A stretch of 61,850 nt of DNA, the filler included, from Dirinaria sp. TL-2023a (Eukaryota), in NCBI GenBank assembly GCA_051941275.1. It is 5 parts of 5 records of this genome, joined end to end, with 100 filler letters (N's around TTAATTAATTAA, not from the genome) between each part and the next. Parts side by side here need not be neighbours in the genome. Positions count along the whole stretch, not along the records: positions 1 to 12,297 come from JAVEBF010000774.1; positions 12,398 to 24,690 come from JAVEBF010000775.1; 3 more parts are not named here. The stretch is one strand, 5' to 3'. A model generated the notes under the pieces. It saw only the letters and a list, made by a program, of their open reading frames with translations, was not told the DNA's origin and ran no database searches. The position numbers and the translations under genes were made by a program. Position 1 is the first letter of the stretch. Every line of letters begins with the position of its first letter. Positions 12,129-24,790 of the stretch are shown piece by piece.

Positions 12129-12297
12129 ATGTGGATAACTTGTATAATAAGGGTTTTTAGCCAGGTTCCAAGAACGAGAAAAAAGGGGCAAAAAAAGAGA
12201 AAGAAGAAGGGAATCGAGAAATATATCCACAAAAAAAAAGGAAAGCATCCTCTCTATCTCATTTATTCATAAAATCAGCTTTTTCTCACTCCAACTC

Positions 12298-12397
12298 NNN
12301 NNNNNNNNNNNNNNNNNNNNNNNNNNNNNNNNNNNNNNNNNTTAATTAATTAANNNNNNNNNNNNNNNNNNNNNNNNNNNNNNNNNNNNNNNNNNNN
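12298..12397. other. Artificial contig spacer (44 N + TTAATTAATTAA + 44 N)
   Basis: Identical 100-nt spacer with a six-frame stop linker occurs four times in the window. Confidence 0.98.
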
Positions 12398-13421
12398 TTT
12401 CAAGAAAAATATGTATCTGAACTTCGGCGATCTCGGAGGCAACATTAGAGATTATCTCGAACAGTACCAGTCCAAATCCAAGAACAATGCCAGCATCGAG
12501 TCTATAGCCGACATGAAACGGTTTGTCGAAGATTACCCGGAATTCCGAAAGTTATCCGGAAACGTCAGCAAGCACGTGACTCTCGTAGGCGAACTCAGCA
12601 GGCGTGTGGGCGCGGACAGTCTTTTGGACGTCAGCGAGCTGGAGCAGAGCCTCGCGTGCAACGACAACCATGCCAGTGATCTAAAGGTACGTACGAGAGA
12701 TCCCTATGCCGAAACTTCTCCAGGCAGCGAGCTGATGACGATCTCTCTCTCTCTACAGACTTTGCAAAAACTGATCCAGTCGCCCAAAGTCCCCTCAGAC
12801 GGCAAGCTCCGCTTGGTAGCCCTGTACTCGCTGCGCTACGAGCGGCACCCATCAAGCCAGCTGCCCATGCTCCTAGACCTCCTCTCCGCAGCAGGCAACG
12901 TGTCCCCGCGGCGCGTGGCCCTGGTACCGAAACTCCTCGCCTACCACCACTCCCTGCAAGCCGCGCCCGCGGCGGGCGGCTTCTCGGACCTCTTCGAATC
13001 CGCATCCATTTTCTCCGGCGCGCGGGACCGCTTCAAGGGCCTCAAGGGCGTCGAAAACGTCTACACGCAGCACTCGCCCCGCCTCGAAGCGACGCTGCAG
13101 AACCTCATCAAGGCCCGCCTGAAAGAGCAGCAGTACCCCTTTGTCGAAGGGGGCGGTGGCGGCGGATCCACGCGCGACAAGCCCCAGGATATCGTTGTTT
13201 TTGTTGTTGGCGGCGCCACGTACGAAGAAGCGAAGATGGTCGCCCAGGTCAATGCCAGTTCGCCCGGTGTTAGGGTCGCGCTTGGCGGAACGTGTATTCA
13301 TAATAGTGCGACTTTCTTGGAGGAAGTCGATGATGCGGTTTCGGGTTGGCCGGATTCGACCTCGGAGTTGGGCAGTACTGCGGCGGGGAGGTTGAGGGGG
13401 GAGGTTGTTGGTAGGAGATAG
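12398..13421 (+). CDS. VPS45: Sec1/Munc18-family protein Vps45, 5'-truncated by contig start
   Basis: MYLNFGDLGGNI, IESIADMKRFVEDYPEFRKLSGNVSKHV, GLKGVENVYTQH, PQDIVVFVVGGATYEEA. In-frame 72-nt intron at 12687-12758. Confidence 0.92.
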
Positions 13422-14166
13422 ATAGGTAGTATACATGGTTAGAGAATAAGGCTCATTTACTCCTATCATCTTATCTTCCGAAGTAAGTAGAAGTAAGTAC
13501 CCTTTGTTTTTTATTTCCATGCCAAACCTAATTAAGCTACTTTATCCTATCCTATCCTATCTTAGGTGTACCTTCCTTTTCCCCCCTCTCCACCAAAGTA
13601 AATAAAATGAAAAACGGCGAAGGCGAATCTTTCCCGCACCCCCCACACCTCTCTCTCACCGTATTATTAAGCCACAAACATACACATCAGAAAATCAACC
13701 CCTAAAACTGATCTATTCGTTCTATTCGAAATAAAACCCCCTTACCCTTCTCTTTTTAAACTTCTGGGCCTTTTTTTTATGTCGGAACATTATTATATCG
13801 GCACAGAATGGATTTAATGCGCGCGCGCGCGCGGGCGAGAGGAATTTCATGTCAGATGTTAGATGGGATCATCTTCTCATCGTTGTTGATAAGATTTACC
13901 TTACCTTAGATGCGGGGGTTTTTTTCTATTTCTGTTTCTGCTGTGGGAAGGGGGAGAGGGAGAGGGGGGAGAGTAAGAGCCTTGTTGTTGGAGCAATGGT
14001 GGTATGGTGGGAGATGGGAAGGTTAGCACGACTGAAGGGGTAAGGGTAGGGATAGAGTAGGTAGGTCGATTAATTATTGACAGTTTGGGTTTTGTTAGGT
14101 TGAGCTTTTTGATTTAGGGAGATCTAGCAGAGGAGGGGTATTTGAACTTAAGGGAAGGGAGGTGGT

Positions 14167-14985
14167 ACTGTATGTGAATCTACCTTAAGGACAATCGGTG
14201 CGGCTTTCATTCTGTCGGGCCGTGGCCGGTTGATGTTAGACGGAATAGAGTTGGAAAGCTTGATTGGGTTAGACTCGTTTGAAGTAAGGTAAGAAGGTCA
14301 GGTAGGAGTGTAATTCTTACAAGTGTATGTGAGTCTCCTTTAAGAAAGAAGAATTTGTGTTTCTGTCTGTGCTCTTTCAGACTCTGCCGGCAGAGAATGA
14401 ACAGATTACCTTTGGAAATCTTGATCAGGTTAGCCTGATTGGAACTAAGAGGTAAGGTTGGGTCTGTTCGGTGCTCTTCAGTTCTGTCGGGCCGTGGCCG
14501 GTTGACGCTGAACAGAATACCTTTGGAAATCTTGATCAGGTTAGTCTCATTTGAAGTAAGGTACTAAGGAGGTCAGGTAGATCTTATGTGAATCTACTGT
14601 GCTTTAAAAAAAGAATTTGTGTTCCTGTCGATGCTCGTCCAGACTGGGCCGGCAGATACTGAACAGAGTATCTTTGGAAAGCTTGATCAGGTTAGCCTCA
14701 TTTGAACTAAAAGGCCTTACTGTATGTGAATCTCCTTTTAGAAAAGAATTTGTGTTCGGTGCTCTTCAGTTCTGTCGGGTCGTAGCCGGTTGATATTGAA
14801 CAGAATACCTTTGGAAATCTGAATCAGGTTAGCCTCACTTGAACTAAGAGGTAAGGTACTTCAGGTAGGTCTTATTGTATGTGAATGTCCTTTAAGAAAG
14901 AATTTGTGTTCCTGTCAGTGCTTTTCCAGACCGTGCCGGCAGAGAATGAACAGATTACCTTTCAAAAACTTCGATCCAGCTAGGC
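14167..14985. repeat. Degenerate non-coding tandem array, six ~110-160 bp units alternating A/B
   Basis: Shared core TTGGAAA(T/G)CTTGATCAGGTTAG(C/T)CTCATTTGAA at ~14251, 14412, 14523, 14674, 14811 and, degenerate, ~14961. A-type CTGTCGGGCCGTGGCCGGTTGA at ~14212, 14483, 14772. B-type GCCGGCAGA(G/T)A at ~14386, 14648, 14935. Confidence 0.85.
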
Positions 14986-15459
14986 TTGTCACTGGAATCT
15001 TCACACCTATCTGTGCCCTACCTTGAGTACTGGATTTTCACCTTACCCAGGCACCTTACAGAAGGGATGTACCTAGGTAGATACGTAGGTATGTAATCTC
15101 TGTACCAACAGATAGTTAAATCATTTCAGTGTAGAGGTAGGGAAACAGCTATAAAGGCAACGTAAAGTAGGATTACCAACTTTATGTAACAGGAGTAGCA
15201 GCAGCAGCAGCAGTAAGAGAAAGAGGAGGGAGGAAGGAAGTGGATAAAATTTCAGGGAGCCTCTTTTTCTTTTTTTTCCTTTCTTTTCTGTCTGTTTTGA
15301 TCTTTAGGGTGGACTGTGAAGACCTAGGTCCATGGGATGAAAGGGCCTTCTGGGTGTTGAGCAAATCTTAGAAGTCAGTCAAAAGAATACTTTTGGGTAA
15401 GGTAGTCATGACGGGAACCCCCCAACCTGTGGGCCATATTTATATGCAGACAGTTTGTG

Positions 15460-17043
15460 CTAAGATGTTTGATGGCCAGGCGAACGAGGGAACGTTGACC
15501 GCCTCTGTGGGTCAAAAAATTGAGTTGCTGCTTCAAGGCCCGAAGCTTGCGATCTACCTCCCATCTCTGTATCGACTCGTCGTGGCGGCTCTAGATGCTC
15601 AGCGTTCTCATCTGGCCCCTCCAAAGCGCCGCTCATCTCAAAATCCTGGCCAGCGTGTGAGACGGGCGTTGAGGTACTTTCATCGTGAAGAAGGTGATTA
15701 TTGATAGGCGTATTCGCTTCCGAAAGATGCTCGGACATCTCGATTTTGACATCTGTCTCTCATTTCAGGTTCACCGAATGAGAGTTGAATATTTGTTACT
15801 TACCTTCGTAAGCCTCCCTGCTGACAAAGATTGTCGAGCTCAGGAGAAGGATTGGGACAATCTGTCCAAAACTCATTGCGTTCTCATCCCCGTCCATGTC
15901 CGAGCTTAAGATATTTCGGTCCTGCAGTAGATAGTATATACCGGTGAAAAAGAAGCCCATGCAAAATGATAGACTGAGCCATCGCGAATAAAGCGCAGAG
16001 GCGATAATTGAGTACAGTGCAGAATGTACAGAAGCAAAAGTTCGCAAACACACAATACAAGCTGAATAAAATGCTCTTTTAGCTTCGGTCCGGAAGTGCG
16101 GTCCAGCATTAACGAGAAGCCTATCATGATTGGCTTTTTCAATCATTCTTTGCATAGTATTCTGTGGCTTGGTGTAGAGCCATTGTCTAAAGAAATTCGG
16201 TGGCCCTTCAAACAGTACTAGTATACTTGGAATATATCCTGTAGTGATAAAGCCAACATTTACAAGCATTGCAGAGCCTGGATGGCCGCCAATACTCGAT
16301 AAAGTAAAGTCGTCAAACACGCATTGTGCATTGTAAGGCCAACTTGCGTACCATGCAGCGTGACCTTGCAAGATCGTAGACGCAAGAAGGAAGATGGCCA
16401 TACATGCCATTAGGATTACCCGCCAATTCCGAAGGATGGGCCTATCTTGCAGGTACTTTTGGAGCACAGAAAGTGTTATTAGGTGTACATTTGAGGCGAA
16501 CCAAGCCAGGTCACTTGAGAGAGCGAAGTGGTAGACGGATATTGAATAGTGGGTCCAGAATCCCGCGACGAGTATGGCTAATCCGGTGAGAAGTAATTGG
16601 TCGCTAAGATTCAGGATAATCTTCTCAATGACTCGTACAGCAAACGCCTGCCTTTTCGCTGGCTTTCTAGAAGGCTGGCTGCTCAAATATCTGGCTGCGC
16701 CAGAGAGAGCTGTCATAGCCCCTTGAACGCACGGAGTTACGATTGTAGAGAACCCATAGTCAAAATAGTTCTCATTTCGGTCTTGCGAAGGTGTCAAGTA
16801 TGTGTGCATTAGGGATAGTAACAAGGCAAGAACACTGCTCGCTATGAATGCAGTGACAATCTGCGGCAAACGAGGTGGTGAGATTCAGCTGGCAGCGCAA
16901 GACTACAGAATGAAAGGACAACACCAGAAGGGATATTATGTACGAGTACTTACCCCAAGCCCAGCAATATCAGGGTCTGCTTTGTACCTCATGGGAGCGC
17001 GAGTTCTCCAGGCAGTGCAATTGTTCTCGCACCCCATGATCAT
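15460..17043 (-). CDS. Uncharacterised multi-pass fungal membrane protein
   Basis: Exon 1 ends ADPDIAGLG (intron 16861-16953). Main exon has LSDQLLLTGLAILVAG, YHF..SSDLAWFASNVHLITL, WRVILM and MSFGQIVPILLL, a pattern typical of a common hypothetical fungal membrane family. Intron ~15753-15803 leads into the last exon, stop at 15460. Confidence 0.75.
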
Positions 17044-18248
17044 AGAATCTTATTGACGAACACCTGTCGTCATGTGAGGCTCTCTTAGTCTTAGGAGCTT
17101 GACCAAAGACGTAATTTCCAGCACCAGCGAGTTGTAATTCAGGTCATGATCTTATAGCCCTGCCTTGTACAGAATCTTTTGACTCGCCGAAGCGCGTTTG
17201 ACGAACATCGATTAGCAGAAACCAAAGTGCTCTGACATGTAAGTTTCATATATACAGCTTCCAAAAAAACCTCCATATATCAGGGTAGAAAGTACGTCAG
17301 AGTGTAAGGAAAGTTTCGAGCCTAGAGCCTACCCACCTTACTAAGGTACTAGTGCCGTCGTTCTGTATGTAACCCTAAAATAGCCCTGAGAGGTCTTATA
17401 ATACCTTTTGGTAAGGTAAGCCGACACAGTTATCCTATCTGGCAGTGGCAGGAATTAAACTGGCCTTGAGTAATAGGGCGATGAATTGATTTAGGAATTC
17501 TACCTCTAGTGATCTAGTCTTGCTCGCTTTGTGTCCATCAGCATGTCCCAAACCCCATAGGACAACATTTGAAAAGAAGGGACCTCAACTGTCCCTGATC
17601 CACATTGTGAGACACTTAGTAGACGCAAGCACCCTCTCATGTAACACATAGTAGGGGTAAAGGATCATTAAGGTGAGAATGAGAGTTTACCTTATCTACA
17701 GCGAGCACGGCTCCATGCATAATCTTGAATCTCAATCGGATGCCTGTAGTGATACTGGAGAGAGCTGGGTTTCTGGGGTTGCTCGTCCGACCGATTTTGT
17801 GAAACAGCTTTCACGCAAAGCTCATTCAACAGGATTGCGGCTGCGTAACTTTTCTCTCATTGCTCGAGAGCAATCTTGCAAGGATAGGCAGGGGTTCAAA
17901 ACTTCATTTTCTTTTGAGGGTGGTATGACTGCTAGTCTCTATCTAGGACCAATCCGTTATATCTAGCGATAGAGGGTGTGCTGCACAGCTTGCTTAGGCG
18001 GTGATGGATAGGATATCGAAATATAAGGATAAAACTTGTGCCTTCAAAGCGGTGTCATCCTAAGCAGAGTCAGTCTGTGGTGCTCATTCGCCCGCTCGGA
18101 CGGATAACATACAAACTCAAGCAGAAGTGGAAGGCCTGGTGCATGTCAGTGACAGTGTCTCAAATAAAATCTGGGCTGTGTGGCGTAACCTTTCATCTCA
18201 TTGACATTGGCTCTTGTGCTCCCACTTCCAACTCTCCGAGCACTCTTA

Positions 18249-18779
18249 TCATCTTTCGCTCGCTCTTCCCCTCAATAGCTTCCTCCGCATGATCTCCGCA
18301 GCTCCGTACGGTAGCGCTTGGGTACTGAACTCGGAGGTGTTGGTGTTGCGGGGGTTGCGGGTGTTGTCATTGTCAAGACCATCCTGGCGCCTAGTCCTCT
18401 TGTTGCCAACACCCCCGATGCCAACAAACCATCTCATCGGACCATGGCTAGTCCTCACCTTCGCTCGGGCTAACTCCTCTTCCTGGGTCAAGGCAGCTTC
18501 CTGTGCTCGGGTGTGCATGTTGCCAGCACCCCCAATACCGCTGCTGAAAAATCTTGAAAGGTGAGAGCGATGTACTGAGCGACGAGACGAATGTGGAATG
18601 GCGATATCTAGATCGTTGACTTTGGAGACTTTACGGTAGTTGCCGGCCCCGCCGATACCGCCATGAAAGTAGACCTGCTTGGAGCGATTTTCGCTGCCTT
18701 GCACAAGAGAGGACGTGGAGGAGGAGTTTGTATGCATATCTTCGTTGAAGGAGTTTTTGGATTCTGGTTCGGAAGACAT
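18249..18779 (-). CDS. Small protein with three G-I-G-G-(A/V)-G-N repeats (DUF3602-like)
   Basis: HGGIGGAGNY, SSGIGGAGNM and VGIGGVGNK resemble the GRGGAGN motif of DUF3602. First ATG at 18779. Confidence 0.7.
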   Translation of the reverse strand: MSSEPESKNSFNEDMHTNSSSTSSLVQGSENRSKQVYFHGGIGGAGNYRKVSKVNDLDIAIPHSSRRSVHRSHLSRFFSSGIGGAGNMHTRAQEAALTQEEELARAKVRTSHGPMRWFVGIGGVGNKRTRRQDGLDNDNTRNPRNTNTSEFSTQALPYGAAEIMRRKLLRGRASER

Positions 18780-20298
18780 AGCGGGCAATAAGCAAGAAGG
18801 TCGACCGGTTCGATATGCACTCCGTATTTGCGGGGATGATAATGTCAAAGCGTTGGCAAGATGATGTGAGGATAATGCAGGTACCGGATAATTTTCATGG
18901 AGATATTGGAGCGGGTGAAATAGTAGACGCGAGTGAGCGTGCGTAGAGCCCTGAAGATGCGCCTAGACTGACCATGGAAAAGGGTCTGGGGTAGTGGACA
19001 AAAGTGGAGTGAGTGGGAGAAAAGTGGGAAAATTGTGTGTAGGGCAAGCTACACATGGACTTTCAACAGGAGATTAAGGTATTATTGCTTCAGGCGGCTG
19101 GAAAGGAGCCTCCTAGAGGATTCAGTCTCCCAAATCGGGATTGAGTACATGGTTTCTCTTGGCACTGCAATGGAGAGGAAGCGCACGCCATGTTTTTCCA
19201 GTTCCAGGAACACGAGACCTGCCTCCAGCTTCGAGCTTTGTTCGTCGAGGAATTGTGATGGCGTTCAGAGCAGTCTGGTGATAACACTGTGTTACGTATT
19301 TTTCAGTGTGCGAATTCTCATAGAGGCTCCAGTAGCACACGGCTCTAACTGCTTCGTGACATTGGTTAAAGGGCGTGTTACCTAATTAGAGGAAACGAAG
19401 CAGCTCGTTCTTGGTCCTACTTGTACTGCAATAATGGTTATGGTGGAGGTCTAGCAGGCTAGTAGTGAGCGGTAGGGGGCGGTAGTGGAGCGGATATACT
19501 GTACGCTCCCTATCCGCAGCGGCAAAGCCCGTCGATTTCGGGGTTTCACAGCTAATCCTGCACCCCGCACTGCACTAAGGTACATCCAGTACAGTGTGTT
19601 CACTGTTCTCTGACTGATGCGAGTATCATTGGCTGATATGCCTTCCGACTATCTGCTCCGTGCTCCCGTACAGGTTCTTCTCCCTTACTGCCTCAGATAT
19701 ACCCGATATTCAGTGACTCGGCACTCTGATCACGCTGTGATCCTTGTGGATGATGGAATCGTGGGGATACTTCCGGAGATTATTCCCACGTATGTATGTA
19801 CTCCGATCATGCCAAGATTGGTGGGAAGAGGGAGCGGCAGAGCAGATACTTCGTAGTATTGCGGGATCATGTGCCTTCAGATCCTCATTTATTGGCAACG
19901 CTATACATTCGAGTTTTCTGCTGACTTTCCATCTCGATATTCAACCATGTCCACAACATCTGACGCAACTCAAGCCTGTAAAGATGCCATCTTGGAAAGC
20001 GATCTAAAAATCTAGGTGCATCATCGCGAAAATAAAAGGTGGTCGCCAAATGCTTTCCCGGTCTGCGCCGATATTTTGAACCCGCACATGTCAAAGCACA
20101 GACTCTTCAACGATCGTACATACGCGCGCGCTGTCAGAAACAAGATGATGCAAGACCGTTGCTGCCCTTCCCGATGGACGTACCCGTGAAAATATCCCCC
20201 AGGAATGCATCCGGGTGGTAGTGGGTACTACCTTAGCGCCTTCTGATGTGCCCCCGTGAAATTTTTGATACAGTATAAGTTGTACAGCACGATCATAT

Positions 20299-22405
20299 TT
20301 ATAGGCCAGCGTATTGCTCCTTCTTTGCTTCGACCGCTTGCCACAGATTCTGCCGCCTGTCTCTTTCTCGTGCTCCGCGCACGAATCCGAGCAGTCTCAG
20401 AGCGCCTGATGGAGTGACTCCTTCACATCTTCTCGCCATCCCCACGCTCTCCGGTTTGACGAGCTCCAAAACCCTTCTCTCCTCCGCGCTGAGGCCATGA
20501 ATGGCTGAATAATCGAGATCCGGCGGGAGTTTTAGCTGCTCATCTCGCTCGAAGACACCAATGGCTGCTTTCTGTTGGGCCACATAAGGGGCATATACGG
20601 CTTCAATAGCCACGCGCTCCCTTATCACACGCGGGTATTGCATGACATCCGGCAGTTGTTTGGAGAGCGAGTCAACGGTGACCCCAGTGAGCCGCAACAA
20701 GTCATAAGCAGAGCGAACCGTGGTATCCAGATTGACCCGGAAGCCTTTCGCAATCCACTCTTGAGAGCTCGCTCTCTTGCCTTGTAGCAATTGCTTGAGC
20801 TCTTGCATTTGAGCCGTCAGCGCAGTGAAAGCGGTCCAACGTGTGTCACTAACAACACCGGCTTCTCGGCCTTTCGTAGTCAAGCGTAGATCGGCGTTAT
20901 CAGCACGAGTGCTCATTCGATACTCGCTGCGAGCCGTGAACATTCGATATGGCTCGCTGACCCCCTTCGTAATCAGGTCATCAATCATGATGCCGATGTA
21001 GCCATCACCTCGTCCAATTGATATCTGCCCTTTTCCCAGGGCGGCAAGACCAGCATTGATGCCCGCTATGACACCCTGTCCAGCAGCTTCCTCATAGCCC
21101 GTGGTCCCATTGATCTGCCCGGCCAGGTATAAGCCAGAGATCAGTTTGGTCTCAAGCGTAGAGCGCAGGTTGCGCGGGTCAACATAATCATACTCGACTC
21201 CATATCCAGGTTGAAGCATGGTCACGCTTTCCAGGCCGACGATGGTACGGAGCATCTGCTCCTGCGTGTCTGCCGGTACAGTCATTGAAATCCCGTTTGG
21301 ATAGATGACGTCGGTATTAAATCCCTCCGGCTCAAGCCAAATCTGGTGGTAGTCCTTCTCGTGGAAACGAATGATCTTCGATTCCAGTGAAGGGCAGTAT
21401 CGAGGTCCTTTGACAGTCTCCCGAATATGGATACTCTTGTCCAGATTGGCTCTTACAATGTCGTGAGCAGCGGGATTAGTTCGTGTACTGTAACAATGTA
21501 ATTGCTTCTGCACGGTGACCGAGTCATTTAGATAAGAGAAAGGCAGAGGCACTTCCTCGCCAGGCTGAATCTCCAGCCTGTCAAAGTCGATAGTGTTTCG
21601 ATCAAGTCGAGGTGGTGTCCCAGTTTTCAGTCTGCCAAGCTGGAACCCAGCTTCTTTCAGCGACCTGCTGAGCCCAAAGGTGGCTGCCTCTCCCATCCTG
21701 CCACTGGGAAACACGTCGAGACCAATGTGAATCTCGCCCCCAAGAAAAGTCCCTGTGGTGATGACGACTTTCTCGCAAGCCATGACTTCCCCTGACTCGA
21801 GCTTGACCCCGACTATACGTTTCTGCATGTTTGCTGGGCTTGGATTCACGACAATATCTGCGACCTTGCCTTCCAAGACAGCTAGTCCGGGCGTACCAAG
21901 TACTTCAGCTTTCATCTCTTTCTGGTACAATTCCCGATCAATCTGCGCTCTAGGCCCCCATACAGCCGGACCTTTCTTTCTGTTCAGGACTCGAAAGTGA
22001 ATGCCTGCTTTATCCACAGCCCGCCCACAGACCCCATCCAGCGCATCGATTTCCCGTATCATTGTTCCCTTTCCAATCCCGCCAAACGATGGATTACAGG
22101 AGCAAATGCCAAGATTCGAGAAGGACGGTGTCACTAGAGCTGTCCTGGCGCCTGAGCGGGCGGAGGCCGTGGAGGCCTCAGTACCGGCATGGCCACCCCC
22201 AATTACGATCACATCATAACGTCTGAAGGTAATCCTTAGTCAGATACCATCTACCATTGTGGGTTTACCGTTGCCAGGACGTTAAGGCTCACCTAGTGTT
22301 CTCAGATACCGTGGCGAACCAACGGGTCCGAATACAAGATTGTGACCTCACGCGTGGACTGTGGCCCCAGTGCAATAGCACTGGAGTACGCCGAGACAGC
22401 ACCAT
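20299..22405 (-). CDS. MTO1: Mitochondrial tRNA uridine modification enzyme Mto1 (GidA/MnmG)
   Basis: [15 protein letters not shown]-binding motif, [63 protein letters not shown]. Arg-rich presequence exon, intron 22223-22292. Confidence 0.95.
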
Positions 22406-22642
22406 CACGATAGTTGATGCGGTCGCAATCCCCGACTCCCAAATCTTCAAGGACTTAAGCTCATACTGAGGGAGGGAGGCTCGGAGGTAAGGTACGACCG
22501 CCAAGACATCAAGCGAGGATTAATGCCAAGCCTGACCGGGATCCCCTCCGACTTCATCAACTCCTCGAGCCTCGCAGTCTGGCAGTCTCCTCATCCTAAA
22601 ACAGCTTCAACGACCAGACCACACAACCCACGTCGATTGACA

Positions 22643-23514
22643 ATGGCAGCCAGTACAATAACGATACCACCCTTCCTCCTCCCACGGACAAGCTGGAAAG
22701 CCGTTGCACCAAGAAACCCAGCTCTAGCGCATTCCATCCTCCCTAGACCCCCTCCGCTGCATCCACTCCTCTCTCGCCCAATCTCCTCAATCCACCATCC
22801 AAGCCGTAATGGAAACACTTCGCCTATCGCTCGCAGGCAGTCGCTCCTCTTCAACCCTTCGCTTCCCCTCCGCGCGTTCTCCACCACCCCCTCCAGGCCT
22901 CGGGACCACCACTTCGACACACTAAAATTCGTGCAACGTCTCCGCTCAGAAGGCTTCTCCGAAGCTCAATCCACCGCTCTAATGAAGATTCTCTCGGATG
23001 TAATCGAAGAATCGATCCAAAACCTGACCCGCACCATGGTCCTCCGCGAAGACGCCGACCGCAGCACCTACACCCAGAAAGTGGACTTCACGAAACTGCG
23101 CTCAGAGCTCTTAGCCCAAGATAGCAGCGAAACGAGCCAGACACTGGCGCAGTATGAAAGACTGGGGAACGATATCCAGAAACTGAGTAGTAGGGTGAGG
23201 GATGAAGTGGAGAGGGCGCAGGCGAGTGTGAAGCTGGACTTGAATCTTGAGAAGGGCAGGATAAGGGAGGAGGCCAAGGGCCAAGAGTTGAAGATTAAGG
23301 AGACGGAGACGAGAATTGAGGAGGTGGCGGCCGGGTTGAGGGAGAGGGTAGAGGGTGTCAAGTTCTCGACTTTGCAGTGGTTGATGTGAGTTATTCCCCG
23401 GACCCTTCTTCGGCGTAGATAAGAAGCATGTGAAGCTAATGGCCGTGTGCATTCAGGGGCGTGTGCACAGGTACGGCGGCGTTGATCTTGGGTGCATGGC
23501 GACTATTGATGTGA
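22643..23514 (+). CDS. Mitochondrial coiled-coil DUF1640 protein (Fmp32/CCDC90/MCUR1-like)
   Basis: Presequence ending RAFSTT, then HHFDTLKFVQRL..EGFSEAQ and LDLNLEKGRIREE. C-terminal TM TLQWLMGVCTGTAALILGAWRLLM after intron ~23386-23456. Confidence 0.88.
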
Positions 23515-24690
23515 ACTTTGCGGTGTAAGAGGGTGGTATTGGAAGGCTGAGCAGCATTGGTAGGGTTTTGAAACGGATCGCAATGGAGTACCTCACGATA
23601 CCCAAAATATAGTTGAGCATATATACTTTTCGCTTGTGTCGCATGCACCACGCAGGAGTAGGACTTACCAGCAGTCGATTGTCTCTCGAAAAAAAGTCCA
23701 AAAAGAATTGCACATTCGCTTCCATGGAATTCGACCCACGAGTTTCCAGGGAAACAAGAAACTGGCGTTATGCTGGCGTGATAAATACGGAAAGCCATAA
23801 TTTTGCGGATTCATGCCGCCAGCCTACAATCGTCCTATAGGAATCCTCCCATGGAAAAATTATGTCAATTTTGGTATATACGAAACCAAATTCGAGTAAG
23901 TAAACTCAAGTTATTTTTGACTACGCCGACAGTTCGCACACCCACGTTATGATCTTAGCTACAGCGAGTTGATCGGAAATTGAAAGGTAAATTCTGTATA
24001 ATCATGACAACAATTGCAACAAACAACTTATCACCACAAAAACACCTTATCAAAGACCCGCGTGATACCTCAGGGCTAAGGCGAATCCACTGCCAAAAAC
24101 GCCAGAAAATGTCAGGGCGTAAATAGGGGGTTCCTGGAAGTGTATCGACGGGCCCATCACGAAGATCTTCAGCTATATCGTATCTATCAATAATATCTAC
24201 CTGTATTACAGTGTATATACAGGCATGGAATGCCACTCGCAAAAACCGTCTAAAGAAAACACAGGCCCCGAACAACAAAATACTTCAAAATCAACTCTAT
24301 CCTCCCCTCCGGTCGTTGCAATCAAAGTTACATCCACCGCCGCTTTCCCAACATATATGTGGCAAAACCTTTGTGTGTTGCTGCGACTTGAGTTCTGGGT
24401 ATCTCTGAACTCGCTGTTAACATGATGTACAGAATCCAGACGCTTTGCATGAGCTCTAGATTTTCATGAAAGGGGGGGGAGGGGTGCGCAGGCTCGAGGG
24501 CATTCGATTTTCGATAGCTGTCTTGAAATGAAGTCTTTACTTTCTACCCCCCATACGCCTTTCAGGATCGAGATCATGGCGCGAAAAAAGAGCATTGTGC
24601 GCCCGTGCTCCATTGCCAGTATCTTTCCCTTTGTGTGATGAAACCTCCCAAGATTGGAGGGGTTTTCAAAGCTGTATGTACATGTCAGTC

Positions 24691-24790
24691 NNNNNNNNNN
24701 NNNNNNNNNNNNNNNNNNNNNNNNNNNNNNNNNNTTAATTAATTAANNNNNNNNNNNNNNNNNNNNNNNNNNNNNNNNNNNNNNNNNNNN
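24691..24790. other. Artificial contig spacer
   Basis: 44 N + TTAATTAATTAA + 44 N. Confidence 0.98.

Noticed and set aside
12342..12353. Palindromic TTAATTAATTAA recurring at ~12.4 kb intervals
   Set aside because: Sits inside N runs and is an artificial six-frame stop linker, not a biological periodic element.
14167..14985. Array as a CRISPR-like locus
   Set aside because: Fungal context, no cas genes, and the inter-core sequences are homologous to each other rather than unique spacers.
23900..24430. Short ORFs near the end of contig 2
   Set aside because: No recognisable motif or consistent exon structure; neither a gene nor a pseudogene can be supported.
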